Shown here piece by piece: positions 38,861-50,411 of a DNA stretch of 64,000 bases. Source of the DNA: Callorhinchus milii (taxonomy: Eukaryota). Under the pieces are notes generated by a model. It was given only the letters and a program-made list of their open reading frames with translations. It was not told the DNA's origin and made no database searches. Position 1 is the stretch's first letter. Each line of letters opens with the position of its first letter. The translations under genes were made by a program, and so were the position numbers. The DNA lies in NCBI RefSeq assembly GCF_018977255.1, contig NW_024704742.1:137578001-137642000 (forward strand), written 5' to 3'.

Positions 38861-40215
38861 TCTCTCACCTGTGCCTGTCTCCAGTGGCCATGAAAGTGTT
38901 TCGTACAAGATTACAAGAGCTTGAAGTCAGGCAGAGCTTCTGATGATCAAGACCTTTTGGCCTATAAGATCTCATCCTTGCAGTAAGCGCCAGCCTGCAG
39001 TCCTCCCATTATAGCATTGAGCTGCTTTGACGACGTTCACAGTCACCTCCTCTGTCCCCCCGGCTTGGCATCAGGCTACGCCACTGTGAAGCATTCTGAG
39101 ACGCTGCCCCACGCTGTATAAATGTCCGTTGTTGTTGTTAGGTTGAAGGTTATGACCTCCAGCAGCCACTCATGTCAAAGCCTTCCATGTTCTAAATAGC
39201 TGTGTTTGAAAAGATGACTCATCAACTCCTCGCGGCTTCCTGGAATCTCATCCTTTCCAATGGGTTTGGACTGGATGATTAGCAGGCGGTTGGGATGTGT
39301 ATCCTCACGGGTCTGAACTGAAGGTTCATGAGGTGCTCCCGAGAAGGCACAGGGAATTCGGGGCCAAAGCAACAAAGGGTGTGGCTTGTCTGTGTGAAGC
39401 CAAGAGAAGAAAAGAAGCCGGTCAACTTTGCAGAGACAACAACCTCCACTGCTCGGAGAAACCTCCAACCTTGAAGAACATCGTTGCTTCCAAGACATTG
39501 AATGGGACTCTCTCATGAACTCCTTTTGCTACTAAACCTGTGCTCCTTAGTAAATATTCTGTTTTCCAAATGACTGAATAAAATACTTGTGAAAGTATCA
39601 CTCAGTCGTGTGGGTTAGTGTGTCTGCAGGCGGGTGGTTCTGTGAGACATTAATCGAGTTGTGCAGCTTAGTGGCTTGAGCTCTCGCCTCACAAGTGAGA
39701 GGATCTGGGTTCAATTCCCGGTAGGGTGAAATGTTCGGCAAGTTCCCTTACTCCACATGCCTCTGTTTACCGGGTAGTCAGTTGGAACCCAAACACTTTA
39801 GCTGATCCCTTTTCTGGGGGTAACAATCCCTTCAAAAATTATTTTAAACAATAATTGGTATACTCAATCCCTGACGGTTTATGGGGCACTGCTGTGCGCA
39901 ATTGCATGTTGCATTTTGCCTACAATACAGTCAATGCACTTTACAGTATATTCTGTGAAGCGCTTTGAGACGTTTCAAAGACGTGATAAGGCGCTATATC
40001 AAATGCAAGGATTATTACAATACAAAATGACAACAACAACAACAAGATTACACTTCTGTAGCGCCTTTCACGGCGGGAGGACGTCCCAAGGTGCTGAATA
40101 CAACATTAGATTTGTACAGTGCCTTTCACGTTATGAGGATGTCCTAAGAGGCTGAACAGTCAGCCATTTAGACCCGCTCAGGGGATTTGATGGGATCAGA
40201 GATGGCGGAGAGCAA
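38861..40215 (+). other. Orphan paralog of the gene C 3'UTR and downstream flank
   Basis: Aligns by eye to 62170-~63675 with substitutions and indels. AATAAA near 39577. Confidence 0.85.
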
Positions 40216-40499
40216 GTATGATGGCCTACTACTGAAGGGGGTAAATTCAGAACAATTCTGTGGAAAGATTACTTCAATGAGAGAGTAGTAAACTAATGGA
40301 GCAGGCTCCCTAGGGGGACAGATGGTGGATTGTATGTAATACAATCGTAATTTGTTTCAAGAACAAATTGGATAGATTTCTGCTAGAAAATAATATCTTG
40401 GGATACATTGTTTGGGACACGACATGCCAAGCCACTGCCAGGATGGTGGAAGGCGAAGTAGATGGACCTTGGTCTTCTATCGCCTAACAAATTTCTATG

Positions 40500-41030
40500 A
40501 TCTTATGATGTCTGACAGACATTCTGTCAGGATAGTGGTGGTCCTGGTGTCAAGAGTCATCGCATGCATTTGGCAGTTGACCCCATGTTCTGTGGATGAT
40601 GAAGAGGAGGCGTGTTCAAGTTGAAGAGGAGAGGGCCAAGGACCGAGCACTGAGGAACATCGCTCGAGACGGTGCAGGGGCTGGAGTAGAAGCCGTTTGT
40701 GGAGACAAAGTGGAGACGCTGTCGGAGGTAGAATCTGAACCATTCAAGGATACAAGCGTGAAGGTTGAGGCGAGAGGATAGGCGGTGAAGGAGGATAGAG
40801 TGGTCAAAGGTATCAAAGGCAGCAGAGAAGTCAATGAGGATGAGCAGACAGAGGGAGCCCTGGTCAGAGGGACAAGATGACATTTGCAACCTTGACGAGG
40901 GCTCTTTCTGTGCCGATTGGAGAGGTTTGTACAGGGAGAGTCGGGAGAAGAAGGAGCGGAACTTGGAAGTAACAATTCATTGAAGGACCATAGAAAGGAC
41001 AGGGCGGTCGGAGATGGGATGGTGATGTGA
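40500..41030 (-). mobile_element. L2 LINE RT fragment
   Basis: SLCLLILIDFSAAFDTFDHSILLHRL...[12 protein letters not shown]. Confidence 0.75.
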
Positions 41031-43046
41031 GCATTATACAACAAAAACAACAACTTGCACTTATACAGACATGACTTACAGCTCATCGGAAAGGTCTTCC
41101 ACCTAGGAGTGACAAGGGCATATTTGTTTTTAGGTATCTCCTATCGTTCATGAGCTTTTTCAGTTTTGCATTTTTTTCTGCATTGACACCTGGTGGCTGT
41201 GCTGGCTGACCGTGGTGCTGTGGCATCCTGCATCACAGAGCATGCACGTAAACAAACGGCAGGAACAAAATAAAGAACACAGACGAAGCTAAGGCGCAGC
41301 AACAACAAAATTACTTTCTTAAAGAGCCGAGTCCTCCCACTGAGTCCTCCCACAGGAGTCTTCCCACAGGAGCCCTCACACATCAGCACAGATAAAGATG
41401 AAATGTCTGTCTGTGTATCAATTTACATTTCATATTGTTTCCTTTGGTGACAAGCGAAGCTGCAACAGGCACAGTTAGTTAATAAAAAAAATTTATAGTT
41501 TCTTTAACAAACCTGTGTGGCCCACTGAGTGGGGGCATTAATATAGACTGATGGGCTACAGGAAGTTATCACCTTCTGCTTCTCAGGACTGCCACCACAC
41601 AGAGACACACAGAAAGACGTACTCACAAACACAGAGAGAGATTCACCCTCACAGACACAGAGAGAGACGCACTCACCAACAAAGACAGCAACTTTCCTGA
41701 CGCCACACGTCTCTGTTTACCGAGCAGCAAGAAGGAACCCGGTCGCTAGTCGATTCGAAGATGGATTTTCTGGGGGGTAACAATCCCTTCAAAACATTTA
41801 TAATTTGTTCACTCAATCCACGACTGTTTGTGGGACACTGATGAGTGCAATTGTCTGCTGCGTTTCACCCACAAAATATATTATTATACTAATCTGTCAT
41901 TATCTCTCCTCGTCTTCTCCCACAGCTGCCTCTGTGCACCCATTACTCATCAGGTGTCAGTCTGGCGAGTCAGTAGCACTCTCGCCTCTGGGTCAGAGGG
42001 TTGTGGGTTCACGCCCCACATCAGGACTTTCTGTTCACCATCCAGGCTGACACTTCAGTGCAGTCTTGGGGTCGCCCTTCATTGTCACAGGTGAGTGTGC
42101 AATCCATCCTAATGTACAGCAATTCCCAAGTGTTGGTGGTTTGGATAATCCACAGCATAGGGATGGGTTTCTGCGTGTGTCAGACACCCGACTAACGAAA
42201 AATACACCGATACCTCTGCACAGACACAGTGGGGAAAGAGCAGGGATTTGGATTACCGTATAGAGCCCCAGTAAAGAGCGATCACCAGCACAGACAGCAG
42301 AGGGGGGGAAGGCTTCTGTGCCGTAAACCAACAAATCACATGGACAGCAGCTCCACTTCTCTGACCTTAACATAACGCAGGAAGTCAGTTTGGCTCAGTC
42401 AGTCACACTCTCGCCTCTGGGTCTAAAGCCTGGGTTCGTGCCCATGTCGGGATTGTGCTCAGAGTCCAGGCTGATGCTCCAGCCCAGGGGGAGCTGTACA
42501 TCGTCAGAGTTGCCGTCCTTCAGACGAGACGTTGAACCAAGGACCTGTTTGCCTGACATTAAAGATCCCTCGACACTGATGGAAAAGAGAAGCGAGTTCC
42601 TCCCGGCTTCCTGCGCGACAATCAACCAGATTAATGGTTCACAAAAACAGTGTTATCGCTGTGTGCAAACTCGCTGCTGTGTTTGTCCATGAACACAGTC
42701 ACGATCTGTTGAAGACCTCTGAGATTTTAAACCATTACAGGTTCAGTATCAAAGTACAGAAACATAAAGGTCATTGAAACATTTATCTACAAAAAATGTT
42801 CTACATTTATTCTACAAAAGTTGCAGATTTTAACGTTTGGCATTTTTTGCTGCAGTTACACCTGACGGCCACTGAGGCAAAGTGGCGCTGTGCCATCGCG
42901 CATCACAGAGCACACACTGCAGTTACCACTGGCGGCCGCTGTGGCGCTGTGGCGCTGTGGCAGCCGCCGTCACAGAGCAATCACGTGGCCAAGAGGCGGG
43001 AAGAAAATGAAGGGCAACAACAACATTAAATGTTTAAAGAGCCGAT

Positions 43047-44740
43047 CCCCCCCTGAGCCCCTCCCCCTGAGCCCCTCCCCCTGAGCCCCTCCCCCTGAGC
43101 CCCTCCCCCTGAGCCCCTCCCCCTGAGCCCCTCCCCTGAGCCCCTCCCCCTGAGCCCCTCCCCCTGAGCCCTCCCCCTGAGCCCCTCCCCCCGAGCCCCT
43201 CCCCCGAGCCCCTCCCCCGAGCCCCTCCCCTGAGCCCCTCCGCCCCTGAGCCCCTCCCCCCTCTGAGCCCTCCCCCTGAGCCCCTCCCCCCCTGAGCCCC
43301 TCCGCCCCTGAGCCCCTCCCCCTGAGCCCCTCCCCCTGAGCCCCTCCCCCTGAGCCCTCCCCCCTGAGCCCCTCCCCCTGAGCCCCTCCCCCTAGAGCCC
43401 CTCCCCTTGAGCCCCTAGCCCTCCCAGAGCCCCTCCCCCCTGAGCCCCTCCCCTGAGCCCCTCCCCAGAGCCCCTCCCCCTGAGCCCCTCCCCTGAGCCC
43501 CTCCCCCTGAGTCCCTCCCCCTGAGCCCCTCCCCCTGAGCCCTCCCCCTGAGCCCTCCCCTGAGTCCTCCCCCTGAGCCCCTCCCCTGAGCCCTCCCCTG
43601 AGCCCCTCCCCCCAAGCCCCTCCCCCTGAGCCCCTCCCCCAGAGCCCCTCCCCTGAGCCCTCCCCAGAGCCCTCCCCTGAGCCCCTCCCCTGAGCCCCTC
43701 CCCCTTAGTCCTCCCCCTGAGCCCTCCCCCTGAGCCCCTCCCCCTGAGCCCCTCCCCCAGAGCCCCTCCCCCTGAGCCCCTCCCCTGAGCCCCTCCCCCC
43801 TGAGCCCCTCCCCCTGAGTCCCTCCCCCAGAGCCTCTCCTTTGTGCCTCTCCCCCTGAGCCCCTCCCCCAAGCCCCTCCCCCTGAGCCCCTCCCCCAAGC
43901 CCCTCCCCCTGAGCCCCTCCCCTGAGCCCTGAGCCCCTCCCCGAGCCCCTCCCCTTGAGCCCCTCCCCCAGAGCTCCTCCCTGAGCCCTCCCCTGAGCTC
44001 CCTCCCCCTGAGCCCTCCCCTGAGCCCCTCCCCCTGAGCCCCTCCCCTGAGTCCCTCCCCCTGAGCCCTCCCCCTGAGCCCCTCCCCCTGACCAGCCCCT
44101 CCCCCGAGCCCCTCCCCCTCCTGAGCCCCTCCCCCTGAGCCCCTCCCCAGAGCCCCTCCCCTGAGTCCCTCCCCCAGAGCCTCTCCTTTGTGCCTCTCCC
44201 CGGAGCTCCTCCTTTGTGCCCCTCCCCCTGAGTCCCTCCCCCAGAGCCTCTCCTTTGTGCCTCTCCCCCTGAGCCCCTCCCCCAAGCCCCTCCCCCTGAG
44301 CCCTCCCCCAAGCCCCTCCCCCTGAGCCCCTCCCCTGAGCCCTCACCCAGAGCCCCTCCCCCTGAGCCCCTCCCCCAGAGCTCCTCCTTTGTGCCCCTCC
44401 CCCTGAGTCCCTCCCCCAGAGCCTCTCCTTTGTGCCTCTCCCCCTGAGCCCTCCCCCAAGCCCTCCCCCTGAGCCCCTCCCCCCAAGCCCTCCCCCTGAG
44501 CCCCTCCCCTGAGTCCCTCCCCCTGAGCCCTCCCCTGAGTCCTCCCCAGAGCCCCTCCCCCTGAGTCCCTCCCCCTGAGTCCCTCCCCCTGAGCCCCTTC
44601 CCCTGAGTCCCTCCCCCAGAGCCCTCCCCCTGAGTCCCTCCCCAGAGCCTCTCCTTTGTGCCTCTCCCCCTGAGCCCCTCCTCCTGAGCCCTTCCCCTGA
44701 GCGCCTCCCCCCAAGCCCCTCCCCCTGAGCCCCTCCCCAA
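43047..44740. repeat. GC-rich minisatellite, about 12-13 bp unit (CCCCTGAGCCCCT) with variant units
   Basis: Direct inspection. It produces the long Gly/Glu/Arg ORFs on the minus strand. Confidence 0.95.
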
Positions 44741-46679
44741 ATCCCCCACAGGAGATCTTCCACAGGAGTCCCCCCACATGAGTACAGATAAAGATGAGAT
44801 GTCTGTCTGGATGTCCATCTGCGTTCCATATCGGAGACGTCGGTTGTAAGCGAAGTTGTTAACAAACAATAAACATCAAGAAATAACACGTAGTAAATTC
44901 TTGCAAAAAAGATGTTAATGGTTTGTTTAACAAATCTGGGCGGCCCACAGGTCGGGGGTGGGGGGGGGGGGCGGGGTGGGGGGATTAGGACTGACTGGGG
45001 GGCTACAGCAAGTTATCACCTCTGCCTCTCAGGGCTGCTCCCAGATACACAGAGAGAGAGTCACAGACAATATGAACTGCGGGGCCTCAGGGTGAGGGAA
45101 GCCCACTTCCCCCTCGAGCCGCACCGCGCCCGCACATCCTGGGCGGCTCCGCTCACAGTCGTGGCAGCGAGTTAACAGCCGGTGGCAGCGCAGAGGCCCC
45201 GAACTCACTGTGTGTTTAGCCGTTTGTAGCCGAGGGGATGTCCGTAGCGGATTCCGCGGGAAAATTGTGGTCGCACTTTTCTATCGGCCGAGATCATACC
45301 CCATCGGGTGTCAGTCTGGCGAGTCAGTAGCACTCTCGCCTCTGGGTCAGAGGGTTGTGGGTTCACGCCCCACATCAGGACTTTCTGTTCACCATCCAGG
45401 CTGACACTTCAGTGCAGTCTTGGGGTCGCCCTTCATTGTCACAGGTGAGTGTGCAATCCATCCTAATGTACAGCAATTCCCAAGTGTTGGTGGTTTGGAT
45501 AACCCACAGCATAGGGATGGGTTTCTGCGTGTGTCAGACACCCGACTAACGAAAAATACACCGATACCTCTGCACAGACACAGTGGGGAAAGAGCAGGGA
45601 TTTGGATTACCGTATAGAGCCCCAGTAAAGAGCGATCACCAGCACAGACAGCAGAGGGGGGAAGGCTTCTGTGCCGTAAACCAACAAATCACATGGACAG
45701 CAGCTCCACTTCTCTGACCTTAACATAACGCAGGAAGTCAGTTTGGCTCAGTCAGTCACACTCTCACCTCTGGGTCTAAAGAACATAAGAACATAAGAAT
45801 TAGGAGCAGGAGTAGGCCATTCAGTCCCTCTAGCCTGCCCCGCCATTCAATAAGATCATGGCTGATATATTCTAACTTCACCTCCTGCCTTATCCCCATA
45901 TCCCTTAATCCCTTTAACCGCAAGAAATCTATCAATCTCAGTCTTGATTATGTTCCATAAATTCACTACCCTCTTGAGTGAAGAAATATTTCCTCAACTC
46001 TGTTCAAAAAAGCTGACCCTCAACTCAGTGCGAAATGACTTACCCCTAATTTTAAGAATGTGAACCCCTGCTTATAGTTTCTCCAACCAAGGGAAAAAGT
46101 CTCCCACTATCTATTCTGTCGTGTTTCCTCCGGCTCCGGTCTGCTCCCCATCCCCCGCCCCAACCGCCCTACCATCGGTGGCCGGGCCTTCAGCCTCTCA
46201 GCCCCGAGGCTCTGGAACTCTATCCCCCGGTGCCTTCTCCGCCTCCTCCCTTTCCTCCTTCAAGGCCGGTCTCAAGACTTTTCTCTTTCACCGAGCCTTC
46301 CGCGCCCCTTTTGACTCTCTACCCCCTCCTCGCAGCTCCTTCCTCCCTCACCCTGACCATTTCCCCCCTCCTCGCTCCCTCCCTTCCCTCCCCTCACCCT
46401 GACCATTTCCCCCCAATGCTCGGGTCCCGACCCAACTGTACAGCGCCTTGGGACGTCCTCCCGATGTGAAAGGCCCTCTATAAATGGAATCTTGTTGTTG
46501 TTGTTGTTGTGGTGCCCCTTAATAACCTTATAGGTCTCAAAAAATCACTCCTCATTCTTCTATATTCTAGAGAATATAGGCCTAAATTACTCAACCTATC
46601 CTCACAACTCACCGCCCTCATCCAGGTACCAACCTAATGAATCTACGTTGAACCCACTCCAAGGTGAGTACATACTTTC

Positions 46680-47010
46680 CTAATAATAATAATAATAATA
46701 ATCCTTGCATTTGATATAGCGCTTTACACGTCTTCTAGACGTCCTAAAGTGCTTCACAGAATATACTGTAAAGTGAATTGACTGTATATTTGTGGGCGAA
46801 CGCGGCAGCCAATTGCACACAGCAATGTCCCACAAACAGTCGTGGATTGAAAATGACCAATTTGTTATTGTTTTTGGTTTTGGAGGGAATATTATTAGGC
46901 TCTGTGTGGAGTAAGGAAACTTGCCCAAGGTTTCGCCCTCTGCCTGGAATTGAACTCAAGTCTCTCACTTGCAAAGCGAGTGCTCTAACCACTGAGCTAC
47001 GGGACTCCAC
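46680..47010 (-). mobile_element. Young tRNA-derived SINE inserted in a CR1 fragment
   Basis: Near-identical to the other copies, with CR1 sequence on both sides. Confidence 0.9.
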
Positions 47011-47029
47011 GGAAGGTGTGTTGGTCTCC

Positions 47030-48030
47030 TTAAATAAGGAGACCAACACCCAATACTCTTGGTGCGGTCTCACCAGGGCCCTATATAGCTGCAGTAAAAC
47101 TTTCCTACTCTTATATTCTAACCCTTTTGTAACAAATGCCAACATACCGTTAGCCTTCCTAATTCCTTACTGTACCTGCAAACTAACTTTTTGTGACTGG
47201 TATACAAGGACACCCAAGTCCCTCTGAACGCTAACACTATCGAGTCTCTCCCCTTCTAAAAAATAATCTGCTCTACTGTTTTTGCCACCGAGGTGATGAC
47301 TTCACAGTTCCCTACATTATACTTCATCTGCCTCCTATTTGCCCACTCACCTGCCTATTTATATCTCGTTGCATTTTTTTAATGTCATCCTCTGTGTTTA
47401 CCCTCTCTCCTAGTTTAGTGTCCTCCGCGAATTTAGATATATTAAGTTTGATGTCCTCATCTGATCGTTGATGTAGATTGTAAAAAGATTTGTTAAACAT
47501 GATTTCCCTTTTGTAAAGCCATGTTGACTGTCTAATCATCTTGTCATCCGCTAAGTATCCCACTAAGGATTCTAGAATTTTCCCTACCACCGATGTCAGA
47601 CTAACTGGTCTATAGTTCCCCGTCTTTTCTCTCCCACCCTTCTTAAATAGTGGTGTGACATTTGCGATCTTCCAATCAATGGGAACCGTTCCAGAATCCA
47701 AAGAATTTTGGAAGATCAGACACAAGGCCTCCACTATCTCATGAGTTACCTCTTTTACAACCCTAGGCTGCAAACCATCAGGTCTGGGGGCCTTGCCACT
47801 TTTTAATGCCAACAATTTCTCTAGCACTAATTCTTTGCCAATGTAAATTTCCCTAAGTTGTTCCCTATCATTAGCCCCTTGGTTCATCTCTATCTCTGGT
47901 AGTAAACTTCTTGTGTCTTCTAACATGAAGACAGAAGCAAAGTATTTATTTAGGGACTCTCCCCATATCGTTATCCCCCATTATAATTTTTTCCTGTCTC
48001 TGCCTGTATTGAACCCAATTTACTTTTGCT
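47030..48030 (-). mobile_element. CR1-clade LINE fragment
   Basis: DWKIANVTPLFKKGGREKTGNYRPVSLTSVVGKILE, SKFAEDTKLG. Confidence 0.85.
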
Positions 48031-49216
48031 AGCCTATTCCTCTCAATGTATTTATTGATGTATTATTATTATTGATGGGTTCGTGCCCATGTTGGGATAG
48101 TGCTCAGAGTCCAGGCTGATGCTCCAGCCCAGGGGAGCTGTACATCGTCAGAGTTGCCGTCCTTCAGATGAGATGTTAAACCAAGGACCTGTTTGGCCTG
48201 ACATTAAAGATCCCTCGACACTGATGGAAAAGAGAAGCGAGTTCCTCCCGGCTTCCTGCGCGACGATCAACCAGATTAATGGTTCATTCAACTTCTGGCT
48301 GTTTTTGTGATATCGCTGTGTGCAAACTGGTGCTGTGTTTGTCCATGAACACAGACACGATCGGTTCAAAACCTTTGAGACTTCCTAACATTACAGATTT
48401 TGTATCAAATACAGAACTGAACGGGTTATTAAAACATTTGTTCACTTCTTCAGTGAGAGAGTAGGAAACTTATGGAACGTTCTCTAGGGAGATGGTAGAA
48501 GTAAAGAGTATTGTTTGTTTTTAGAACAAAATTAGAAGTTCAGAGTAGTAAACTAATGGAAAAGCCTCCCTAGTGGAAACAGAAAATTTGTTTCGAGAAA
48601 ATAATAGAAAATAATATCTCAGGATACACTTTATAAAAATAATAATCCCTCGAAAACCAAAAACAATAATAAATTGATCATTTTCAATCTACGACTGTTT
48701 GTGGGACATTGCTGTGCGCAATTGGCTGCCGCGTTCGCCCACAAATATATAGTCAATTCACTTTACAGTGTGTTCTGTGAAGCGCTTTGGGACGTCCTCC
48801 CAACGTGAAAAGTGCTATATCAAATGCCAAGGATTATTATTATTATTATTTATAGATCTGAAATTATAGTTTAGGAAATGATATGTCAAGCGACTGCCAG
48901 GATGGTGGAAGGCGAACGAGATGGAGCTTTGTCTTCCTTCACCAGCAAATTCTTGTGTTCCCATGTAAACGTGGCCAATATAAAAAGGGTGTGAAATGTA
49001 ATAGAGCATTAAAAGTCACCCAGTTACTGTGACAGGGGGTGAGGGCGGGTTAGTGTTGGGGACAAACATAACAGAGCATCAGAACATAGCGGATGCGGAG
49101 GGTGGAGCTCTGGTGGTGACCACAGAACAAGAGGAGGAAGGAAGGAGAAGGGTGACCAGCTGTGCCAGTGCGAGGCAGACGTGCGCGGGGAAGGAGTGTG
49201 TCCTGAGTGAGGGACG

Positions 49217-49267
49217 ATGATGCTGGAGCTGTGCTCTGTACCCTGGTCCTGTCAGCCTCGGCCTTCC
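49217..49267 (+). CDS. Gene C leader exon with apparent 1-nt deletion relative to gene A
   Basis: ATGATGCTGGAGCT here versus ATGATGCTGGGAGCT in gene A, giving 51 nt instead of 52 before the same GTACGT donor. Confidence 0.75.
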
Positions 49268-50411
49268 GTACGTACTTTCCAATCAGAAACCTGACTGGCT
49301 TTAATTACTGCTTTACCTTTTACTGGAATAATTACAGTCATGTGATATCTCCTGCAAATAAGATTCCCGTCTCTAAACTGAACAGAACTGTGTTACTCAC
49401 TGAGCCCCACAGTGTAAGTGTTTGCCTCACCCTTTGGAACTCCATCCCACAGTCCCTTCCCCTCACCCCTCTCTTGATGTCCTCCCGACATGAAAGTGCT
49501 ATACAATTTGTTGTTGTTGAATCGGTGATCTTCCCATCCTGCGCAGAATACTGTCTGTGATGAGGTGAGCAGGATACGTCCCTCTGGGGACAAAGTGCAC
49601 ATCTCATTCCAGACACACAGACATTTCCAGATATAGGTGGAATTCTGCGTAGTTTGGTTTGAAGACTCTTCAGCGCAGTGATGAGTTTCCTCTGTTATCA
49701 GACACCCGGCTGATCGCAAACAAAGTGTCTGTGCCGGCGCTGGTTCTCACTGCAGCTCTGTATTCTACTGCAGTTTCTGACTGTTAAAATGATGGTATTT
49801 TTATAGCATGAAAACAGCCGCTCCGCCCGTTCATTCCATTTTGACAAGTTTTATTTTGTTCACATGATGCTCAGTCCCACCCTGTGTCTCGCTCACTCTC
49901 CCTCCCCCCAACACCATTTAATTTAATACACTTCGAACAACAATTCCCTTTTATGGACTTGACTGTGGATTCCTGTAGCTCAGTGGTTAGAGCACTCGCC
50001 TCGCAGGCAAGAGACTTGGGTTCGATTAGCATAAGTTGGGCAATTTTCCTCTCACCACACGCTTCTGTTTACTTAGCAGTAAGTAGGAACCTGGTTGTTA
50101 GTTGAATGGCGGTTCACATTTTCGTGGGGAATAATTCCTTCAAAAAAAATTATAAATATGTCGTTCAATCCACGACTGTTTGTGAGACACAGCAGCGCAA
50201 TTGGCTGCTGCGTTTCGCCCACAAAATATACTGTCAATTCACTTTACAGTGTATTCTATGATGCACTTTGAGACATCTCAAAGATGTGATCAAACCCTAT
50301 ATGAAATGCAAGACTCATTATTAATTGACGGACTTTGCCTCAACTCCGTCTGTGCAGAGGATTCCATAATCCCATCCTCTCTGTGTAAAGTGAAGTTTCT
50401 AACCCTCTCTA

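Noticed and set aside
43392-44889. Long Gly/Glu/Arg-rich ORFs (297-484 aa) on the minus strand
   Set aside because: They are translations of a minisatellite, open in all three frames because the unit lacks stop codons.
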